From Methanotrichaceae archaeon (GTDB lineage Archaea > Halobacteriota > Methanosarcinia > Methanotrichales > Methanotrichaceae), in assembly GCA_963748825.1 (NCBI GenBank), contig CAVVKN010000018.1, positions 87,493 to 151,492 of the forward strand: 64,000 nt of DNA, read 5' to 3'. Of the stretch, positions 53,979-64,000 are shown one piece after another; position 1 is the stretch's first letter; every line of letters begins with the position of its first letter. The notes below the pieces were generated by a model, which was given only the letters and a program-made list of their open reading frames with translations, did no database searches and was not told the DNA's origin. The position numbers and the translations under genes were made by a program.

Positions 53979-54107
53979 ATTGGCTCCTTAGTGCCTTCGT
54001 GGTGATCGATATGCAACGGCTCACCATAAAAGTACAAAGAACGATTATATAAAATTCTATTTTCAAACTCAATCAATACCCTGCAGCTTGCTGTGCGGGT
54101 GCGCCGC

Positions 54108-55456
54108 CGTTTCGCATGAAAAACCCGAAAAATTGATTTAACCGAATCCTCCTCTGCTCTCGCTCTTCGTACCAACATAACCTGCCCGGACGATGCAGTC
54201 AATCATCTCTTGGATCGACATCTCAATGGGAGACGGCGGCGTTAAGGGCTTCTGACGCATATTTTTCTTATTTCTGTCTTCAAGATACATTTCTTGATTT
54301 ATGAGAAGATGGTGAAGAATGCAAAGAACCTTTCTTGCCAGAGCAACCGCTGCTACTTTAGATCCCTTCTTGGCCTGAATCCTCAAGAAGAATTTCTTTA
54401 GTTTCGAATCTTTGGTTCGCGATATGGCATAGGCGACTTGAATCAACATTCTTCGAATATGCTTGGAGCCTTGTTTGGTTATTCCTCCGAGGATAGTCTT
54501 TTCTGCAGACTGATATAAAGAAGGAACAAGGCCACACCATGCGGCAAGCTGCTCTGGCTTTTTGAAATCAATGTAGTTGCCAATTTCCGCCAGAATGGCA
54601 GTAGCAGAGACGAACCCTGTCCCAGGAATGGACATAGCAATGGCTAAATCGTTCTTGCGATACTGAATTCTGGCACTAATCTCTCCATCCAGCTCATCTA
54701 TCCTCTCCTGGATGGATCTCATCAAGCTCAGAGAACCCCTAATCAAAATGACCTGGGAGATTTCTAGACGACTTTTGATAGACTCTTTAATTTGATCCGC
54801 CTTTTTCTTGAGTCGTCCAGATGGAATGCCTTCAATTATCTCATCAATATCTCTTCCTTCTAGAACGCAATTCAAGAGATACATACCGGACTTGCCAAAT
54901 ATATCAGAGATAACTGAAGCCAATTTGATGCAAGCAGAATCGAGAGATTGGTGGATCTTGTTCTTTTCCTGAGTCATCTGCTTAACATAGCCTTCTCTCG
55001 CTCTGGTCAACCTTCTCAGCTCTCGATCATCTTTAGGAAAGATCCTGGAAGGCTCAATCATTCCATTGAGACAAAGTTCAGCAATCCATTCGGAATCGTT
55101 GACATCGGTCTTTCTTCCTGGAGTATGCTTAATCTTGTAGGAATTCGCCACAATTAAATCGATCTTTCCCTCTAGAACAGAGTGTACAGGATGCCAATAG
55201 ATTCCAGTTGATTCTATAGCTACCTGTTCACATCCATTTTCGATAACCCAATCTCTAAATTTTAAGAGATCTTCCAGGGTAACGCTAAAACGTTGAGTAT
55301 CCTTCTTCCCGTCTCGGGAAAGGATTGTTGCTATCAGAAATCGTTTGTGCACGTCAATGCCACAAACTTTATTCCTCTGCAGTTCCATGATTATTCCCGT
55401 CCTGATATGGGCGGATAACTTAATCCTCAAAGGGTGCTCATTCGCATTCGCGTTTC
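54108..55456 (-). mobile_element. IS110-family element (transposase 54138-55388)
   Basis: DEDD RuvC-like motifs GIDVHK, IESTGIYW, KTDVND; C-terminal GLVPSLYQS serine motif; CGTTTC directly repeated at 54108 and 55451 as likely boundaries. Confidence 0.9.
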
Positions 55457-55457
55457 A

Positions 55458-56486
55458 CTAACTTTTCCCGCCCAGGATTTTTTCGTAGCGCTGCACAATT
55501 CTCTCCAGAATGTCCATGTCGTAGGGTTGGTGAGCGGGCACCAGGATATCGGCCTCCATTCCGGCAGAGTCGGGTGCGACCGACAGTCCCCCCTCCTGTA
55601 CAGGCAGGCGCAGGTCGCGGGCGATCTCCTCGATCATGGACGTGAGCGGCCGAACCGGCCGGGCGGTTTTAGCCCTCTGCCGGAATCTCTTGAGCAGCGA
55701 GTCCACCTCGGCAGCTAGCGGCTCGACATCCCCGCAGCCTGACTCCTGGCAGATTCTCTCCGCGCTCTCCTTGAGCTGGGAAAGGGTGCGCACACTCGCC
55801 TCCAGCATCTGGCCGGAGTAGTGCTGCTTGACCCTTTCTGCGTAGCCGGGGGCGAGCACGAGAAGCTCAATCTCTTTCAGGCGTTCCAGGTCCTCCGCCT
55901 CCGGCTTGTAGGGATTTACTACTATGTAGTCCAGGGCAAGACGCAAGGCCAGGCTTTCGTACATGGGCGAGACGCCCACCAGCCTCTTATCTTTGAGAAG
56001 GGCTCTTCTGATGGCCTGGGGATTGCAGGAACTGATGCCGAAGTAATCGGCAAAGCCGCGCGTGGTGGTGAGCAGCTTGGTGCGGCTGAACTTTTCCGCG
56101 TTGATGAGGCCCCTTTCCTCCAGCTCTTTCACGTGATCGTAGCTCTTGTTGCCCCGGATTTCCACCAGAACGCTCTGCTTGATGGGCTGCTTGTAAGCGA
56201 TGATGGCCAAGGTTCTGATGAGCGGAGCCTCGATTTCCTTTGGAGCGAAGGAGAGGACCCGACCGGCCAGGCCGAAGCGGACCTGCATGGAATAGCCCTC
56301 ACCAATGCTCTTGATCTCGATGCCCGAGTCGCGGGTGGCGTACTCCGCTGCCAGGTCGTCCGCCAGGGCCCGCGCCCGCTCTTCGGAGAGAGTGGAAAGA
56401 TCTGCCAGCTCCCGCGGAGTGAGGGTTCTGCCCGATGCGAAGAGGGCGGCTTCGATGACGGCTTTGGCATAGGAATCTGCGGTCAA
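55458..56486 (-). CDS. scpB: SMC-ScpAB subunit ScpB with long C-terminal extension
   Basis: IEAALFASG, LRTLAIIAYKQPI-like, IRG, TTRGFADYFGI in the first about 160 aa. Confidence 0.88.
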   Translation of the reverse strand: MTADSYAKAVIEAALFASGRTLTPRELADLSTLSEERARALADDLAAEYATRDSGIEIKSIGEGYSMQVRFGLAGRVLSFAPKEIEAPLIRTLAIIAYKQPIKQSVLVEIRGNKSYDHVKELEERGLINAEKFSRTKLLTTTRGFADYFGISSCNPQAIRRALLKDKRLVGVSPMYESLALRLALDYIVVNPYKPEAEDLERLKEIELLVLAPGYAERVKQHYSGQMLEASVRTLSQLKESAERICQESGCGDVEPLAAEVDSLLKRFRQRAKTARPVRPLTSMIEEIARDLRLPVQEGGLSVAPDSAGMEADILVPAHQPYDMDILERIVQRYEKILGGKS

Positions 56487-56684
56487 GATAATCCTTGGAA
56501 GGCTGTGCTCATTAAAAGGGTTTAAGGTTACGCCCAGTGAGCGGGGCGGGAAGGAGCTGGACTGAAAAAGGGATCAATTATAGATTTCAGGCTCTAAATC
56601 TACATATTTTGACGGCGCCTGCGAAGAAAGCCCAATAAGCCCTCTTGAGATCTCGCGCTCATGCCAAAAAAAACGGGGGGATTT

Positions 56685-56930
56685 CGAAGCCCACTTGATT
56701 GCATTAAGCTGCAGTGATCCACCAGAGGGTTTCGCACGTTGGTCTTTGAGGTTATTAGTCAACAAGGTTGTCGAGCTCAACTTGGTGCTGGATGTTTACA
56801 GGTGTGCGTTTGATCCGCGTTATTCTGTTATATGCAAGGACGAACCCAAAAACAGTTGATAACAAGGGCCCCCATCCCGGCATCACCTGGGCAAACGGCC
56901 ATATGATTAGGAATGAGCACGGCAGCTCTC
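56685..56930 (+). pseudogene. Degraded IS630-family transposase remnant
   Basis: AHLIALSCSDPPEGFARWSLRLLVNKVVEL then LDVYRCAFDPRYSVICKDE. Confidence 0.65.
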
Positions 56931-57039
56931 CTGCCGCGTTGGCCTTTTAGGGCGCATAGCAGCCCCATCGACCGTGCAGCATGGCTAAGTGGTAATAGTA
57001 ATCCAATAATTTCAAGCTTTGCGAAAATAGAGATTAGGT

Positions 57040-57166
57040 GAGCACGGCAGCGATCTGCAGTTCCCGAGAGCTCGCGCATCTGAGTACAGTGCAGAACGTG
57101 GACAGGCTTATCTTCTGAGTTCGGAATGGGTTCAGGAGTTTCCCTGTCGCTCTGGCCGCCATGCTC
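57040..57166 (-). rRNA. rrf: 5S rRNA
   Basis: Minus strand GGCGGCCAGAGCG...ACCCATTCCGAACTCAGAAGATAAGCC...CGCTGCC; ends approximate. Confidence 0.92.
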
Positions 57167-57274
57167 GATTCCAAGTACCGGAATCGAACCGGTTTAGTGC
57201 CTCCCCGGGCCGTAACCCGGGGTCTTGGGTTAATGTGCCTTAAGCTTTGCGACCAGATTTCGCCCGAGTTTAGT

Positions 57275-60170
<2,896 letters not shown>

Positions 60171-60297
60171 GCTTATGCCCCACTAAACTCAGTGAGCGTC
60201 TGGTCGCAAAGCTTGTGCACGGCATCATCGGACCGCTCCGTCAAGAACGGACCTTCGCCCTTCCACATCGAGTCTGCCTCAATGTGTGCATTGTAAT

Positions 60298-60370
60298 TGG
60301 ACTTGCTGGGATTCGGACCCAGGGCCTCCGCCTTGCAAAGGCGGCGCTCTACCAGCTGAGCTACAAGCCC
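60298..60370 (-). tRNA. tRNA-Ala (TGC)
   Basis: GGGCTTGTAGCTCAGCTGGTAGAGCGCCGCCTTTGCAAGGCGGAGGCCCTGGGTCCGAATCCCAGCAAGTCCA in the 16S-23S spacer. Confidence 0.96.
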
Positions 60371-60491
60371 GGGTACTAGCCCCAGCTAATAATCAGAATA
60401 GCTGGCTAATTGGTTCTCTTTTTGGTCTCGGTCGACATTTTCAGCTTCCAACTGGTTACGGGTGGGTATGCTTGTGCATACCCATAACGTT

Positions 60492-61962
<1,471 letters not shown>

Positions 61963-62169
61963 TCATATCCTTCTAGGAAGTTTTAAACTCAATCATGTTA
62001 TTCCGAAACCAGTCGGAATTGGCTGAGTCGCCAAGACCAATGTCAGACACGAAAAAACTCGCGTCTCCATCTTTGTTATATCGCAACTTTCAACCTCGAC
62101 CCTTCAATGATATCGGAGCCTTGCTTTGTGGGTTGCGACGCCTCATCGGCCCATTAAGGTTGTCAGCCG

Positions 62170-62345
62170 AGGTATTTAAGCATTTCCCCCTCATCTCATT
62201 TTCGGAGAAGACGAAGAGAAAACCCGGGCATTCTTAAGCCGATGTCATACTTAGGCCCTATAATCACTATCTACAGGACCCGTTGCCCCACCCTTCCAGG
62301 CGGGCCGAACTCATCCAATAACTCAGACGTATATAACCTTTTTGC
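62170..62345 (-). promoter_or_regulatory. Two candidate BRE/TATA promoters for the rRNA operon
   Basis: Minus-strand AAAAAGGTTATATAC (about 62329-62343) and GAAATGCTTAAATAC (about 62173-62187). Confidence 0.5.
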
Positions 62346-62440
62346 TCTATTGATTCACGCTATCGCTTAGTTTTAATATGATCGTAACCAAGAATCGAGG
62401 AATAATAATCCAGGATTAATACGCCTGCTGGAGGTCTTTT

Positions 62441-64000
62441 ATGGGTTATACATTGACTGAGAAAATCCTGAGGCAGCACCTCGCGGATGGCTTCTACGAG
62501 CCCGGCAAAGAGATCGGCATAAAGATAGACCAGACCCTTACCCAGGACGCAACCGGCACCATGGCCTATCTCCAATTTGAGTCCATGGGGCTTTCGGATA
62601 TTGCCACCGAGCTTTCCGTCAGCTACGTTGATCACAACACCATACAGGTAGGATTCGAAAACGCAGATGATCACGCCTACCTGGAGTCCATCGCGAAGAA
62701 GTATGGCATCTACTTCTCTCGACCTGGAAACGGCATTTGCCATCAGGTCCACCTGGAGAGATTCGCCAGGCCCGGCAAAACCCTGCTGGGATCCGACAGC
62801 CACACGCCCACTGCAGGAGGCGTGGGCTCCCTGGCCATGGGTGCAGGAGGACTTGATGTAGCCGTTGCCATGGGCGGCGGCGCATACTACCTTACCGCTC
62901 CGCGCGTGATCAATGTCCACCTTACAGGCGGATGAAGCCCTGGGCCACAGCCAAAGACGTAGTCCTGAAAGTCCTCTCCATCCTGAGCACAAAAGGAAAT
63001 GTCGGCTGCGTCTGCGAATACACCGGAGAAGGCATTGCCGAGCTGACGGTGCCGGAGAGAGCAACCATCACCAATATGGGAGCCGAGACAGGCGTCACCA
63101 CATCCATCTTCCCCAGCGATGAGCAGACGAAGCGATTTCTGCAAGCGCAGGGAAGAGAAGAGCAGTGGGTAGCTCTGGCAGCGGACAAAGATGCCATCTA
63201 TGATCGCACTCTTGAGATCGACCTATCAGAGATCGAGCCGCTTGCATCCGCGCCTCACAGCCCGGGAAACATAGCCAGGATCAAAGACCTCAATCTGCCC
63301 GTGGATCAGGTGATGATCGGCTCATGCACCAACTCCTCTTATGTGGATCTCATGACCGTGGCGGCAATGCTGAAAGGAAAACATCTTCCGGCAGGCGTTT
63401 CTCTGGGCATTGCGCCCGGCTCGCGACAGGTGCTGGGCACCATCGCCAGGAACGGCGCCCTTAGCGACCTGATAGCCTTCGGTGCCAGAATCCTGGAGTC
63501 CTCCTGCGGCTTTTGTATCGGCAACAGCATGTCACCGTGCACGGACTCTGTTTCTGTTCGCACCAGCAACCGCAATTTTAAAGGTAGATCAGGCACACCC
63601 AGTGCACAGAGTCTACCTGACGAGCCCCGTAGTTGCCGCCGCCTCTGCTCTCACCGGCAGGCTGACGGACCCGAGAGAACTGGAAATGGACTATCCCAGA
63701 ATAGATATGCCGGAGCATTTTGAGATCGATGACAGTATGATTATTCCGCCCCTTCCAGCTGCAGAGCGAGCTGAAATAAAAATATGCCGCGGCCCCAATA
63801 TCGGAGAGCCTCCCGTCAACGGACCCATGCCGGAAGATATCTCAGGACAGGTAACCATAAGGGTGGAAGATCTGGTGACCACGGACCATATCATGCCCGC
63901 CGGCTCACGCCTCAAATACAGGTCCAATGTCCCCAAGTACTCTGAATTCGTCTTTGAGCCGCTGGACAAGGAGTTCTGCCAGCAGGGCATCCGCCCTGCG
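62441..64000 (+). CDS. Aconitate hydratase, partial, with probable indel errors near 62932 and 63609
   Basis: QTLTQDATGT, DHN, GICHQVHLE, GSDSHT, IGSCTNSS, CGFCIG, NRNFKGR, TTDHIMP. Confidence 0.92.

Noticed and set aside
62441-63723. Split aconitase as programmed frameshifting or two subunits
   Set aside because: Single-base shifts inside conserved domains with no slippery or stem-loop signal; most likely assembly indels.

Overview
Archaeal chromosomal window, most consistent with an acetoclastic methanogen of the Methanothrix (Methanosaeta) type (archaeal 16S, MC1 chromosomal protein, acetate transporter, many lineage-type secreted proteins; inferred, not searched). Core content: ilvE, ribH, an aminotransferase, eno, rubrerythrin, Lhr helicase, queC, bcp, corA, scpB, a minus-strand 16S-tRNA-Ala-23S-5S operon and a partial aconitase. 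Accessory content: (i) a defence-like island at about 7.5-14.3 kb with TA genes and a caspase-like CHAT/NB-ARC/TPR (NLR-like) gene interrupted by an IS66-like segment, followed by a zinc-finger gene and a 3-TM gene resembling Pycsar membrane effectors; (ii) a decayed mobile-element region at about 28.7-37 kb with PolB, inactive-RadA-like and integrase remnants, an IS1-family element, MC1, and a TACGTA palindrome cluster flanked by candidate hairpin sRNAs; (iii) a giant surface protein gene with ten 264-bp CnaB-type repeats; (iv) an IS110 element with very short ends beside a REP-like hairpin. Frameshifts occur even in aconitase, so many indels are probably assembly errors. All family calls come from motif recognition by eye; no searches were run.
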